64,000 bases of DNA from Octopus vulgaris (lineage: Eukaryota). Under the pieces are notes generated by a model, which saw nothing but the letters and a program-made list of their open reading frames with translations, did not search any database and was not told the origin of the DNA. A program made the position numbers and the translations under genes. The stretch spans positions 3,162,001-3,226,000 of the forward strand of contig OX597818.1 in the NCBI GenBank assembly GCA_951406725.2, written 5' to 3'. Below, one piece after another: positions 23,927 to 37,956 of this stretch. How positions within the stretch are numbered: the first letter of the stretch is position 1; the number at the start of each line of letters is the position of its first letter.

Positions 23927-26900
23927 GCGGCCACCCTCCCACCTCTCCTCTTGTACCGGAAGTTCCTATCCTTTGTCATCCTTGGTTGTCTCCCATGAAC
24001 ACTTCTAACGGCTTTACGTCATCCCCACCCCTACTTAGGCTATTGTATTGTTTGAACTGAAGGCTATTCATTGTATTGTTTGTTTATGAATTCTGCCAAA
24101 TGCAAGCTTTCTTTTCAGGTACATGAGCTACTGAGATTGTTGAGATGCTTGAACGGAGATACAGGAGGTTCTGTTACGTTCCTCGCAGGCAAAGAACACA
24201 GGTACAAGATTTTCTGGGTGGGGAACACTGACGGGGTCGGGGGCGTGGGTATACTTCTTGTAGAAAAATGGGTAGATAAGGTAATCGAGGTAGTCAGAGT
24301 ATGCGATAGAATACTTAAGATTAGATTAGTGCGTCATCATGGGTTAGCAACCACTATATCGGCCTGTGCCCCTCAGCCGGGGCTACCCGATGGACAGAAA
24401 GACCAATTCTATGACACTCTTTTGCAGACTACCTCGTTGACGAATGACAGGGATCTTCTCTTTGTGGCTGGTGACTTCAATGGACATGTTGGATAACATA
24501 CAGGGGGCTTCCATGGCGTACATGGAGGCTATGGTTATGGTTCCTGCAACGAGGAGGGAACCAGGCTGCTGGAATTCTGCAATGCAAATGATCTTATGGT
24601 TTGCAATACTAACTTCAGGAAACCTGCCAGTCACCTAGTCACTTACCGATCTGGCCAACATACTAGCCAAATTGACTACATCCTTGCCAGAAAAAGGAAA
24701 AGATGGCTGCTTATAAATGCCAAAACCTTCCCAGGCAAAGAATGTACCCCACAACATAGACTGGTAGTTAGTGACTTTAGGATCAGGGCTAAGTGGACAC
24801 CTAGAAGACGACCAGCATGGAGAAGAAGAGTCTGGAAGCTTAAAGATCCTGCGAATGGATAGAGATTCAGAGACATATTACTCGAAGCCTTTAACGAAAT
24901 AGAAGGGGATACAGTTCACACAGTGTAGAAGACAACTGGAGGTTTCTTAGGGACAACCTGCTGAGAGCCACTGACCAGATCTGTGGATGGTACAAAGTCC
25001 CCTCTCGACCAAAAATAACGTGGTGGAGGAACGATGTTGTAGACAGGGCTATTAGAGAAAAGAAACAGGCTTGGAAGGACTGGAAGAACAGTGGTAGCAG
25101 GGAATTGTATCAGACTGCCAGAAGGGAAGCTAGGAGACAGGTTTATTTAGCCAGAAGGGAAGCAGCTAAGAAAAAATTTGCCAATGTTCTGCGCCACGAG
25201 GACCAAAGACTTGAGGAATTTTGTGATGCAAGACAGTGTGTGAAAGAAAATTGTGAAGTTGAGGAGAGAAATGTGTCCGCATGGATGATTGTTCTCTTGC
25301 ACTAAACGAGGCTGCAAAAAGAGAGGTTTGGAGACGCCACTATGAAAGGTTGCTCAATAAAGAAAATGAATAGGAGAAAGAGTCTCTGCCGATGTTGACG
25401 AAGGAGTCATACTCAATGACTGGTGTAGTAGCACCATAGTCAACTGCTATGAAGGTAAAGGTGATGCTTTAGATACAAATAATTACAGAGGTATCAAGTT
25501 GTTGGATCAGGTAATGAAGGTCACGGAGAGGGTCATAGCAGGCAATAACGGAGGAATTCAAGACAGGATGCCCCTGGGAGCTCCTCTATGCTGATGACCT
25601 TGCTCTAATTGCTGAGTCACTATCAGAACTAGAGAAGTTTCAAGTGTGGAAACAAGGACTAGAATCGAAGGGCCTTAGTGTCAACCTCGATAAAACCAAA
25701 GTCCTGATAAGTAGGAAGGCAGGCAAACCACAAATTCCTTCAGGTAGATAGCCTTGCTCGATCTGTAGAAAAGGTGTAGGTAGAAACTCTATAAGATGTA
25801 CCCAGTGTAAGCTATGGACTCATAAGAGGTGCAGGAATATCAAAGGAAGGTTAACTGGGAAGATAGTTTTTGTATGTGGCAGATGCTCAGGAGCAATAAA
25901 TAACACTGAAAATGTGCAGAGAACAACTTCCGCCACATTCCAGGGAGAAACACTAGAAGTAGTTGATAGCTTCTGTTACCTAGATGACCAAGTCAGTAGC
26001 CGGAGAGGGTGCACTGAAAGTGTAGCTGCTAGAATAAGAATAACCTGGGCAAAGTTCAGAGAGCTCTTACCTCTGCTGGTGACAAAGGGCCTCTCGCTCA
26101 GAGTAAAAGGTAAACTGTACAACGTATGTGTACAAACAGCCATGCTACTTGGCAGTGAAACATGGGCTGTTACTGCTGAGGACATGCGTAAGCTCACAAG
26201 GAATGAAGCCAGCATGCTCCGATGAATGTGTAATGTCAGTGTGCATACTCGACAGAGTGTTAGTGCCTTGAGAGAAAAGCAGCAGATGTGGTGTGCAAGA
26301 GAGACGACTGCGCTGGTATGGCCATGAGGCAAGAATGGATGTGGATAGCTGTGCGAAAAAGTGCCACAACCTAGCAGTCGAGGGAACCTGTGGAAGAGGT
26401 AGACCCAGGAAGACCTGGGATGAGGTGGTGAAGCATGAACTTCGAACATTGGGCCTCACTGAGGCAATGACTAGTGACTGGGACCTTTGGAAATATGCTG
26501 TGCTTGAGAAGACTCGGCAAGCGCAAGCGAGACCATAACCTTGTGGTCTATGCCAGGGGTATAACCAGTCCACTTATGCATAACTTTCCTTCCTTGGACA
26601 CTAAACTCTGCTTGCGAAGACCTGTTCAGGCAAGTGAAATCAAAATCAAATTCGATGACTGGCATCCATGCTAGTGGAGCGCCATGAGTACTATACGAGC
26701 GTGATCGTTGCCAGAGCAACAAACTGGCCTCCATTTGAGTGTGGCCATTGCCAGTACCGTCTGACTGGCCATCATGCCGGTGGCACATAAAAGCACCCAC
26801 TACACTCTCGGAGTGGTTGGCGTTAGGAAGGGCATCCAGCTGTAGAAACTCTGCCAGATCAGACTGGAGTCTGGTGCAGCCATCTGGTTCGCCAGACCAC

Positions 26901-26957
26901 AGTCAAATCATCGAACCCATGCTAGCATGGAAAGCGGACATTAAACAATGATGATGA
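23927..26957 (+). mobile_element. RTE-clade LINE with internal deletions (second subfamily)
   Basis: 5' region matches 61050-61160 in reverse complement; APE, partial RT (LLYADDL), PHD-like finger, GRGRPRKTW, (ATG)n tail. Confidence 0.93.
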
Positions 26958-27689
26958 GGCATAGAGAGAGAGAGAGAAAGGGGAGGGATGAGAAAAAGAA
27001 TGGGTTTGGTTTAATCACAAATATAGTTGTTTTAGGATTAAGTTCCATTTGTGTGCGTAATGTCATAAGTGTATGTGTATGTATGTTAATAGAGTAAACT
27101 TTTGGTCTAAATCATTTTCTTAAAGGTGATAGCATGTAACAGATACATACAAACACTATTTTCATTAGTTATTGTTTGTCTGCTATGACTTGGCTTTGTA
27201 AACTGATTGAAAGCATGTGCATGTGCATCCCTGAACGACAGTTGTATTAGCATTACCATCCCACGCCATATTTGTCTTTACACAACTCTGTTCTTCGCTT
27301 CCCTAATATCAGCCACTCTCCCTATGCCACCTCATTTCTCTCACACAAACACTCTTACAGCCTTTACATTTTATCCAAAAATAGCCCACTCTACCATTAC
27401 AAATTTATAAGTTACTAGCTGAAATACCTGGAACAACCCAAGTTAATAACTCAGAGAATTAACAGTAACATCACAAAGCTCTTTATCTAACTTTCAGTAA
27501 ATATTTTCAAAGAAAAAATAAAACACTCAATGAAATTTCAGACTAAGAACAATTTGTAGACCTTTTAATTTTTCTTCTTTTAAGAATATAGTTTGATATC
27601 CATATTCCAAACATATGCAAGTTCAATTCTGTAAAAATTTGTACACGAATTCAAATCTTTTGAATCCCTTTTTCTGTTTCTGTTTAAAC

Positions 27690-27880
27690 TAATCCTTATC
27701 CTAACTCAAAATTGTAATCCTAAATGCTAACAAGAAACCATAACATTAAATGCTAATCCTCAACTCTTACCTTAAAACTTAACTCAAAATCCTAATCCTA
27801 CTTTTATCCCTAAAATCTGAACTACAATACTAACTCTAGTATTAAATCTAAACCCAACCCCCAATGCTACTCCTAATTTT
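27690..27880 (+). repeat. Degenerate (CCCTAA)-like hexamer tract
   Basis: CCTAAC/CCTAAA/GCTAAC/CCTAAT variants in roughly 6-bp register. Confidence 0.5.
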
Positions 27881-29868
27881 CGTGTGGAATCATGATCTCC
27901 TAAGTTTGAAACATAAACTTCTAAAAAAAAATCAGGAACATTAAAATAGTTATGGTACATAACTTTAAAATTAAGGACAAAAGTGATAAGCACTTGCAAT
28001 TTTGAAAAACTTTTCATTTTCAGAATTGTAATATCTGATATTTAAAACATAGAACATGGAGAAGTACACACACACACGTCAGGGTTACCTGGTGTTTCAG
28101 GAGCCAACTGCCATATGACAGTTTTGCCATGCTAAATACATTTTTACATTTCATTTCTAAGATCCCTACTTTCAGCCCATGTTCTTTCACCCCTTAATTG
28201 TGTTATTTGTTCATCTTATTTACTATTTATTCTAAATCTAGAACTTCCTTATAAACAATGTTACGTGTTTTTCCAGAAGGAGCATATGTAAAAAGATTGC
28301 ATGGACTTTCAACTCTTGTACATGCTACATACAGTTGCCCAAGAGAAAAATAATTTTCTTCGAGTTGTAACCCAGCAACAGATAACACTTATTCCAGTGA
28401 TTTATTTATAGACATAGCAAAGCTGAGTTTCACTGGAAATTGTAATCTTTTGAATACAAAAGATATTTCTGTGTCAGATGGACTCAAAGGTATTCTCAGT
28501 ATAAGTGCCTCTTCTTCTATAAAACACACAGTCAAAATAGTAGCCTGAATAATATGATGTATTAATTTTTTTAACTACCAGTCTAGTAACATTACACAAC
28601 CGAGGCTGATCAAGGTTCTGTAGTAACATGAGAAGCCGGTGTGGTGAAAGCCCAGAAGGTTCCAAAGAATTTAAGAATTCAACAAGACAACTGACAGCCT
28701 CTGCAGGATCTGGAACTGAATCTGTAGATTTGTAGGTCAGTGTATTTCCTGAAATGCAGTCCAATAACTTATTTTTTATGGTGTTGATTGATATGTTATG
28801 GCGCAAATATTGCCCTTCACGTAAGTACTTATGGTTTTGTTGGCGGTCTTGAAAATTTGGAAAAACACTTAGTTCATCAAGAAATGAAACTGATATACTA
28901 ATTAGAGATATATTTAAACAATTATTTTCATCTTGGGGTACCCTACCTTCTCCAAGTTTCCATAAATTTTGAGCAAGTTATTCAGTCAAAACACTGCCCG
29001 AAAGAATGGCGCTCATGTTCTTAGGCTCATTTTTGTTACATGTCTCCACAAATAGGAGGACTTCAAGTATGCTGTTAACTTATCTGCCTTAGTGCCCTTT
29101 GGAATTACAGGCAAAGTCTGACGAAATTTCCTGAGAGTACAGTGGTAACTCCACCAATTAATAATTTAGAATTTCTTAAACCTTGCAAGCTTCAATTCAA
29201 AGCTTCCAAAGATTTTTTGTTGGCCATTGTACATTCGTCCCAAATAATGAGATGATACTCCTTTAGTATCTGTTCCATCCCAGATGTTTTCATAAAATTA
29301 CAAACTAGTGTCCTAATGCTAGCTATATTCAAGGGCAATTTGAAAGTAGAGTGAGCTGTTCTTCCTCCTGGGAGTAAAGTAGCAGCTATACCTGAAGAAG
29401 TAACAGCCAAAGCTATTTTTTTCTCTTGTTGCATTTTGGCAAGTAAAAGCTTAGTGACAAATATTTTGCCCATTCCTGCAGGAGCATCAAGAAAAAAGCC
29501 CTCCCATTTGATCAAAAACCTTTTCTAGTATAGTATTGTAGAATACTTTTTGTTCAAGCAACAATTTCAGTTCACTTTCACTAACATATCTTGAGAGGTC
29601 TTCCATGTCGCAGGAAGTTTCATTTAATATGTTGTTGAACTATCAAATTCAGAACAATTGGTATGAGGAAGTCCATACTCATGCTATTCATTCTCTTTCA
29701 TAGAAACAACTTTGTCTTCAATGGCAATTAATGTGGCATTGTAGATTTTGTCACTGTATTCTATTTTTGTGCCAGTACATTGCAATTGAATCTGGTACTC
29801 GTAATCTTCCACAAGATAATTGTATCTTATCCATATTGATCCTGGATCCCCTAAATCACAGTATTTAA

Positions 29869-30088
29869 CCCTTTAGCATTTAAACCGGCCATATCCGGCC
29901 AAAAGTATTCTGCCTGTTTTATGGTCAAACTGGCCAGATCTGGTCTCTCACACCAACCCTACAATATCGTTTTAAAAATTAACAGCTACCTCATCAAAAT
30001 CTCATAGCTACAAGAGAATGCATGATTAGTTCAAAACAATGTGGATGAAGAAGCATAATTTTGGCAGAATAATACGAACACTAAAGGG
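29869..30088. mobile_element. piggyBac-type MITE inserted in the Helitron ORF
   Basis: TTAA at 29865-29868 and 30089-30092; termini CCCTTTAG / CTAAAGGG. Confidence 0.85.
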
Positions 30089-32624
30089 TTAAGGAGAATG
30101 GCAATGTTCTTAAATTGCCTCCTCTGCAAGACACAGAAGCCTCTCACATAGCTGCCATCCAATGACTATCATCCTGTAACAAACCTAACCTAAAAGCTGC
30201 TTCTCTATTCAAAGCAAAAACATAAACAACTGTTCGAAGGTCGATAAAAGATGTGGCACCACGAATTTCATGGAGAAGCAAACGTAAGTAAAAACATTCC
30301 TGCTGAGTTAGATGCACAGTATAAACTCTTCCCAGAACACTGTCAAATCAGATATCAGGATAAGCATCAACCTCTTTTTCTGTGATTCCATTGTTTGTTG
30401 TTCCATGTATAATATAATGGTAATTGATAGTACAAAAGGGTTTTAGCGAGTCTTTCTGGCAAAGTTTGAAAAATGCTGTTAATGTAGTTTCTCTTGGAGC
30501 TAGGGATTGCTGAGCAGCAGTTTCTGTAGGTATATATATCTTTGCCCATTCTCTAAATGAACAGAGAGTTGTTTCACTGGAGGATATCATTCATGAATAG
30601 GAAAGCCAAATATTCTCCAAAAAGCCTCACTGCTGCAAATATACTGCCCCATTTGGAAGTGTGTCACTTCATCTTGAAATGTCTGTTGTTGAAAGGTGAA
30701 CATTGCAGCATCAGAACCCTTATCAACATATTTACAAATGTACTTAACTGATTTTATAGAATTACCCATTTGTGCTCCTTTAATGAAAATTTTAGGATAA
30801 TATTTCATACACTTCTTGTCTTTCATGCAAGGTGCAGTTAAGTTGAGGTTAACACATGGGCCATGAGCCATGTTCGATTTTACAATTTCATAAAGTTCTT
30901 TGTCTTTTGTGGAGTTTGGAATTTCTTCTGAGATCATAGAATCAATCTCATCAGTTTGAATTTTCTGGAAAAGCTAGATTAATATATGTGTGTGAGGTAG
31001 GCCTCTTTTCTGCCATTCAGTGGTATACATGTAGCAACATACTGGTTGAAATATGTAAAACTTGGTTATGAAATCCATCTATTTCGAAATGTTGAGATGA
31101 AAAACTCTTGCAATTAGGTTATGTCTGTCAATGTATAACTGTCCTGGAAAAAGTTCAGTTTGGATTTTGTTCCATTTGAGATTGCAAGTGAAAATGATGA
31201 AAAGATCAGGACGTCCATAATTATGCACATAAGTCATGGCATCTTGTGTCCTCTCGTTCATATATCTTGGACTTCCTGTAAAACTGGTTGGGAGAATACA
31301 AAGTTGTCCAAGCCCTGTCCCAGCAATATCATTGTTAATGCCATCTTGTAAGTGCACAATTCTGAACGTAGATCTTTTGGTGCATTTTTATGTAGCACAA
31401 CCTCTCCAACTGTTTTGGCATACATATCAACAACATACTGGTGAAAAAGATCTTGGCAATAGTGAAGATGATTAAACGAATTATTTCAAATCATCAAATG
31501 ATGAACATAATAATCCATACAGGATACAGTTCTTTTGGAAGTGATTCCTCCAATTTGTGGTATACCAAAGTGCTATCCATCTTCTCCATTAGCAAAAAGC
31601 AAAGGATATTGTAAAGCATCATATGAATGATGAGTTTCGTTTATGAACATGAATGAAATATCATGACAATAGTATTGTCACAATATTTCAAAACACTATC
31701 TCGTTTACTATGTGTTCTCCAACCATAATAATTTAGCCACTTCATTACATTCAGAAACATTGAATCAACGGACATGTTCTCCAATTGGTCTTTTGTTGGC
31801 ATCGATGATAATTTGAAAGTCTACTGTTGAAGTATATTCTAAAGCATACTGAAAGCTTCTCACATAAGAATTCTTTTCGTGAAGCATTTCTGGCAGCTTA
31901 AAAATAAGTTCTAATCTTGTACCTGAACAATTCTCGCTGCGACACTGTGCTTCTTTTTGAATGTCACCTATAAAATATATTTGAATAAATTGTGGATCTT
32001 TATTCTGTAAAGGCTTAAGAAAGCCAATTCTGTGATAAATTTGTCTTTGCACTTTAAAAGTCGGCATAAACCCACTTTCCCTAATAATTTTTGCCCAAAT
32101 GATGTCATTTGAAAAGTACAATTGTATGCTCAAATATTTCTAAGAAAGTGTTTTGATTCTGAAGTGATATCCAAAAGAGCATGTTTTATAAGTTCTGGAG
32201 GCTCAATTATTTGTAAATGGACTTAACCTTTAGAACACATACCTAATGATTTCTTGTCCCACTTCCTAGCACCACACTTTCCATATATTTCGCACATAGA
32301 GCCCAGGAAGACAAATTTTTCAGATGCATAATTACGATTAGGATCATAATTAAATGTTACACCTTGCCATTGAAATTGTCTATACTTATTTAGCTGGTTT
32401 TCTCTGAAAAGCTTTCTCCTTTTTAGTCGCTTTCACTTTCTTGTTTTCTATTCTATCTTTATCTCTCTTTTGCAATCGTATTTGTCTTTTTTATTTTCAT
32501 GTACTCTTTTATTTCTGTAATTTTCCTTCTTTCTCTGCAATCTTATTTCTTTATCACGTTCTTGTTCTCTTGTCCTCCTCTCATATTTCCTCATTTTTTG
32601 CAACCTAACTTTCCAATGGTTTTC

Positions 32625-33160
32625 CGCAGCTGCCATTGCCACTGCATTCTGCCCAATGTTTTCCGTTGATATATGAGCTTGAGCAACAAGTTCATTCATG
32701 GCCATCTTCTCGCTACCCGGCAGCTTCACAACCGCACCAATATGTTGTTAGGGAAATAAATCATTTACAAAAGCCAATTGTGCTGCCTTTTCTAGTCCCT
32801 CTCTAATAAAACCAGATAGCATGGCCAATCTCTGAAATTCTAGTGCATACACATCCACCTGGTCTCCTGTCCACCTGACCTATCCTAGCTTGGCAAATGC
32901 AGCATACGATCCTTCTGTAACGGCATCCTTTAGGCACTATTCAATTTTCTCTACATCCAGTTGGTCTGTTTCATCCATTTTGAGGTCCAGCACCAATGCA
33001 TTTCTCTCCAGATACAGAGCTATGAGACCTGCTACATCTTCAATGCTTTGTAGCCTGGCCACCACCTTGATCTTCCAGATCCAAGTGATAACATCTCCCT
33101 TGCCACAGAAAGGTCTGACAGCATCACTACTGATTCTTATTTTTGTTTGTGGAAGAGGAT
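32625..33160 (-). pseudogene. Gypsy-like gag fragment
   Basis: Hand translation: RPFCGKGDVITWIWKIKVVARLQSIEDVAGLIALYLE...WTGDQVDVYALEFQRLA...AQLAFVN...MAMNELVAQAHI, with stops. Confidence 0.7.
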
Positions 33161-33163
33161 AAC

Positions 33164-34026
33164 ATCATCATCATCATCGTCGTTTAACGTCTGCTTTCCA
33201 TGCTGGCATGAATTGGACAGTTTGACTGAGGGCTGGCGAGCCAAAAGGCTGCACCAAGCTCCAATCCGATCTGGCAAAGTTTCTACAGTTGGATGCCCTT
33301 CCTAATGCCAACCACTCCAAGAGTGTAGTGGGTGCTTTTATGTGCCACCGGCACAAGGGCCAGTCAGACAATACTGGCATCAACCACACTCAAATAGTGC
33401 TTTTTATGTGCCACCTGCACAGGAGCCAGTCCAGCAGAACTGGCAATGATCAAGCTCGAATGGTGCTTTTAACGTTAAACTGGCACAGGTGCCAGTCAGG
33501 CAGTACTATCATCAGCCATGACAATGATTTCACTTGCCTCAACAGGTTTTTGCAAGCGTAGTTTATTGTCCAATGATTGAAGGGTACTCTTAAATGGGCT
33601 GGTTATACTGCACTGGCATGGGCCATGGTTATGGTCTCACTTGGCTTACCGGCTCTTCTTAAGCACAGCATATCTCCAAAGGTCTCAGTTACTTGTCATT
33701 GCTTTGGTGAAGCCCAATGTTCGAAGGTTGTGCTTCACCACCTCATTCCAGGTCTTTCCTAGGTCTACTTCTTCCAAAGGTTACCTCAACTGCTAGAATG
33801 TGACACTTTTAACACAGCCGTCTGCATCCATTCGCAACACATGACCATACCAGTGCAGTCGTCTCTCTTGCACACCACATCTGATGCTTCTTAAGTCCAA
33901 TTTTTCCCTCAGGGCACTTACACTCTGTCGTGTTGCACACTGACATTACACACCCAGCGGAACATGCTGATTTCATTCCTTGCAAGTTTACACGTCCTCA
34001 GCAGTCACGGCCCATGTTTCGCTGTC
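33164..34026 (-). mobile_element. RTE 3' fragment
   Basis: (CAT)n tail, 3' UTR repeat units, ORF C-terminus. Confidence 0.9.
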
Positions 34027-34079
34027 AACAACAAAAATATACACACAAGCACACACACACACATACCAGTGTCGCATAG

Positions 34080-34595
34080 CCAGCCCGTTTTAAAAGTTCT
34101 CTTGAATCACAGGGTGATATGCTACACTTGAGAAAACCTACTGAGTCTAGTAAAATCAAAAATCAAAAGCAAATTAAGATCGAAATCAAAATGGAAATTA
34201 TAGTTGTGGCCAATGCCAGTACCACCTGACTGGCACATAATAAGCACCATTCAAGCGTAGGTCATTGCCAGTGCTGCCTGACTGGCACCCCATGCCAGTA
34301 GCACGTAAAAAGCACCATCCAAATGTGGTCAATGCCAGTCTCCGCCCGACTGGCTCCTGTGCCAGTGGCACATAAATAGCACCATCCGAATGTGATCAAT
34401 GCCAGTGCTGCCTGACTGGCGCCCGTGCTGGTGGCACTTAAAAAGCACCCACTAACTCTGATTGGCGTTAGGAAGGGCATCCAGCTGTAGAAACCTTGCC
34501 AAATCAGATTGGAGCCTGGCAAAGCCTACTGGCTTGCCAGCCCCTCAGTCAAACCATCCAACATGGAAAACGGACATTAAATTATGATGATGATA
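34080..34595 (+). mobile_element. RTE 3' UTR fragment
   Basis: 3' UTR repeat units, TGGCGTTAGGAAGGGCATCCAGCTGTAGAAAC, (ATG)n tail. Confidence 0.85.
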
Positions 34596-35859
34596 ATATA
34601 TGAGTACTGAAATAGCTTGTAATATAAGGAACAAAGTGCAATTCACCTACCTCTCAGTGTCGACTACCCAGCTGGTTTAAATCCGAGATGTGTTCTACCC
34701 ATCTAACCTATCGCCAAAGCCTACAGCAAATTCCCTTTCTAGCTTATACATATTATTTTATTCAACCACTAAATGAATTGTCATTTAGTGGCTGACTTAA
34801 ACTTAACATTTAATTACAACTCATTTTCTGGTATTTCTTTTCACTGTTTATACACAACTCATTCCAATCAAGAAATTGTAATTATACCAGTGCTTGAGAC
34901 ACACTAAGCAACCTGCTGAAATGTAAACAAAATTCAACTGATGGAAAATATGCGATTAAAATCATATGCACAGAATTCAGAAAATAAAAACAACCAAATT
35001 CAATTCAAACAACTTTACACTTCATATAAGAAGTGGTGAAATTATTATACCCTTGGGATGTAATATTGTTCATGATTTCAATGACCTCATTTCCTTGGTT
35101 CTCAATAGAAATGTCATACAGCAATGAAGAAAGATTTTCAAAAATTGTTGTTTTAGCACCCAAAAATATTTCATCGATGAGAAAATACTGAAACTCTTTC
35201 CAGAAGTTTAATGATGATCAATATTTGCATCAGGATGATCCCTCAAAAGTTGTGGTTGGGTCCAAATATTGCCTCAAAGCCAACATTTCTGCAAACTGAA
35301 TACAATAACCCCTGTACATACCCCTTGAAGATTGATAACACTACAAAATGGCAAAAAATTACATTTTAATATATACCATTGGATGGTTTGTATAGGTGAA
35401 GAAGGTTAACTTCGACAGTGTTAAGTTGTGAAGATGTTTGGTGATTGTATGGGGTTGTTACTTTTGGTTAGGAGATTAAAGATTCCTGAGACATTAAAAC
35501 TGTTGACTGTTTCTTCTAAATAAGGAAAATTGATTGATAGTGAATCTTAACAGTGAACCTTTTCAAAATTGTCATGAAGCCAATAAAATGAAGGAAAGCT
35601 GTTCAGCCCACAATATATACAACTTCCAGTGGAATTGGACATTATAATTAACCTTAAACTTTTTGCACTCAAACACTTTCACAATGTACTCTTCCATAGT
35701 ACATACCTCATGTTGACACCTATACATCAGACTGAACGCTGTTTTATCTCCAAAGTGAATATTCCAAGTGATATTTAATAAACTGTTCTTTGGCTTTTGC
35801 ATTTGACAACTGTTGCTTTACATATTTTATTTCAATTTTTACTGGCATAGTGGTAAGAA

Positions 35860-37881
35860 CTATGGGATAAGTAACGTTAGTTTTGAATAAAAATATAAAT
35901 GGAAGTTTTAATCACCCAATAGACAGGCAAACAGAAACTGCAACTAAATAAAGGCACAAAAATGCTTAGGGAAGTCTCTGTTCTCTCAAAAACTGACACA
36001 AAAAGAGTTGAAACTTAGGGGTGAAATAACACAATGTGCAATAAAATAACATAAGGCATGCTCTTTGCAAATCAATTTTATCTCAAAAATTGAACAATAC
36101 CGCTTATTTTGTCAAGTTGGATGAGAAATATTAGGCAAGGTTTTAGATGTACCACCACAAAATTTTTCACATTTTATAAGCAATCAATTAGTCATTACGT
36201 ATTCTGGTGATGGATCTAAAAAGCAGGGAGCTGGATCTTTCTCAGTCCAAGGGTTGACTATTAATGGTCATTACAGACCTCTGCCAACTGCTTGTAGCAC
36301 CAGAAGCAAGAAATAACCTGGCTGACTTGAAAGTGGCTGTACTTCCGTTATTAGAAGCAGCAAGTAATATCCCAATTAAAACACTATTTGAAAAAATTGA
36401 TTTTCTTATCTCAAGCCAAACATCACACAATGTTGTGGTTGAAGAGATCATAGCAGAAAATCTCAGCACAGAACAACATGGGTTTTGCAATGTGCACCCT
36501 TCACTTATGTTCAATTGAGTAATAACTGAACAGTAGAGTAACATCGAGAATGCAATTGGATAAGACAAGATCTGAGTTTTCTTGTAAATGCAACATCAAG
36601 CTCATCTAGTGTCACTGAACAGGCTCTTGACTGCATAACAAGAGTAATCAATCATAATTTTGATCACAAGTCATGGAACAAAGCCAGTGAATTCAACAAG
36701 CACATTCAACCATGGGTTGATAAATTTGTTGTCCTGAAGAATGAACATTTTAACCGGCTCACTTTGACTTGTGCAATAACTTTGTACCACCTGGATGATG
36801 TGGCATCATATTTGGTGAAATATGAGCATGTTACAAACCAACTGGCTTGTATTGTATGATGTTTCATAGATCTGGAGTTCCTCAGTCTTGTATTACTCAG
36901 GAGAGCTGATTGGACTGCACCTTGTCAAACCATTCCTCTTGCTCACCATTTCAACAAGCACAACCTACTCAAAACCTGCTTTCAAACAACTTTATGATGA
37001 TCTTTTCACAGTGGATCCAAACCAATTGTTAAATGTATAGTCATGCACTCAGTTTTGTATCTTCTAGCAGATTCCAGGAAACCAGATATGATGAAGATAT
37101 ATGCTGAGCTGTTGAAGCAATTGCAATCAAGTTGAAGCCAGAGGTGTTAAAAGTACTGATGAGACTTTTTCCAAAGTTAGTGGATGATTTCCAGAACCAG
37201 AAGGGAGTTCTGTTTGGTTTTGGAAACATCATTGAAAAGTTTCACCATGCTCTGGCAAACATGGACTTAGCTAAAATAGAGAGAGCTCCCATTCACAATC
37301 TTGACTCAGAATACAGTGTAGAATTTATCAACTATGAGTTGAGTCGTTGAAGTGCCAAGCAACTCAAAGTATCTTCTTCCAAAGTTAAATCCAAGATGGC
37401 TGCTATGATTGAATGTCAAGAGCCTGAGGCATTTAGGCAATATACCAAACTCACCAAACCTGAAGGATAGTGGGGGGAATGCCTGACATCATTAAAAAAT
37501 GGGATAACTGCCAGCAGCAGTTAATGGTGGAGGGACTGGAGAAGAAGGAAATCACTAACATTGCATGGATAGACAACAAACAGCCGACTTGGATATTTTG
37601 AAAAATCATGGTGGACCGTTTACTAGCAGCAATGAGGTAGACACCTATCTCATGACAGATATACTAGATAAAGAAAAGGTCAGACTGTATTTAGAAATCA
37701 GATGTACCAGAGAAACTACCCTTTTTGTGCCAAAAACCAGCAACATTTTCGTCTTAAACAAAATTATCAAAAACTGTCAATGCACTATGCAATAAATTTG
37801 CAAACTTACTTAGATAATGTGAGTTGCAAGACAGATGTAAGCCTTATTGATTTCAATCATGCATCGGATGACTTGGTGTGA
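35860..37881 (+). pseudogene. Decayed DDE transposase with CxxH motif, superfamily unassigned
   Basis: VITYSGDGSKKQGAGSFSVQGLTINGHYRPLPT ... FEKIDFLISSQTSHN ... FCNVHP ... APIHNLDSE.SV.FINYEL; many stops. N-terminal part may extend to ~34900. Confidence 0.65.
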
Positions 37882-37956
37882 GGTTCTGAAGTCATAATGG
37901 TTGTAAAAGTATTATTGCATCATATAAATTACAGAACTCAGGAAATGTTCTCTTTT

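Larger units (their letters stand above)
27415..32624 (-). mobile_element. Autonomous-type Helitron (RepHel), decayed
   Basis: GFMPTFKVQRQIYHRIG; Rep motifs LPTSFTGSPRYM, GRPDLFIIFTCN, EWQKRGLPHTHI, YICKYVDKGSD; PIF1 motifs FFLDAPAGMGK, SSGIAATLLPGGRTAHS, IIWDEC, GQLYVACTRV. Degenerate hairpin plus CTAG|T terminus at 27415. Confidence 0.95.

Noticed and set aside
34651-34720. Minus-strand exon candidate with TAG acceptor and GTAGGT donor
   Set aside because: Stops in all three frames; more likely a transposon terminus.
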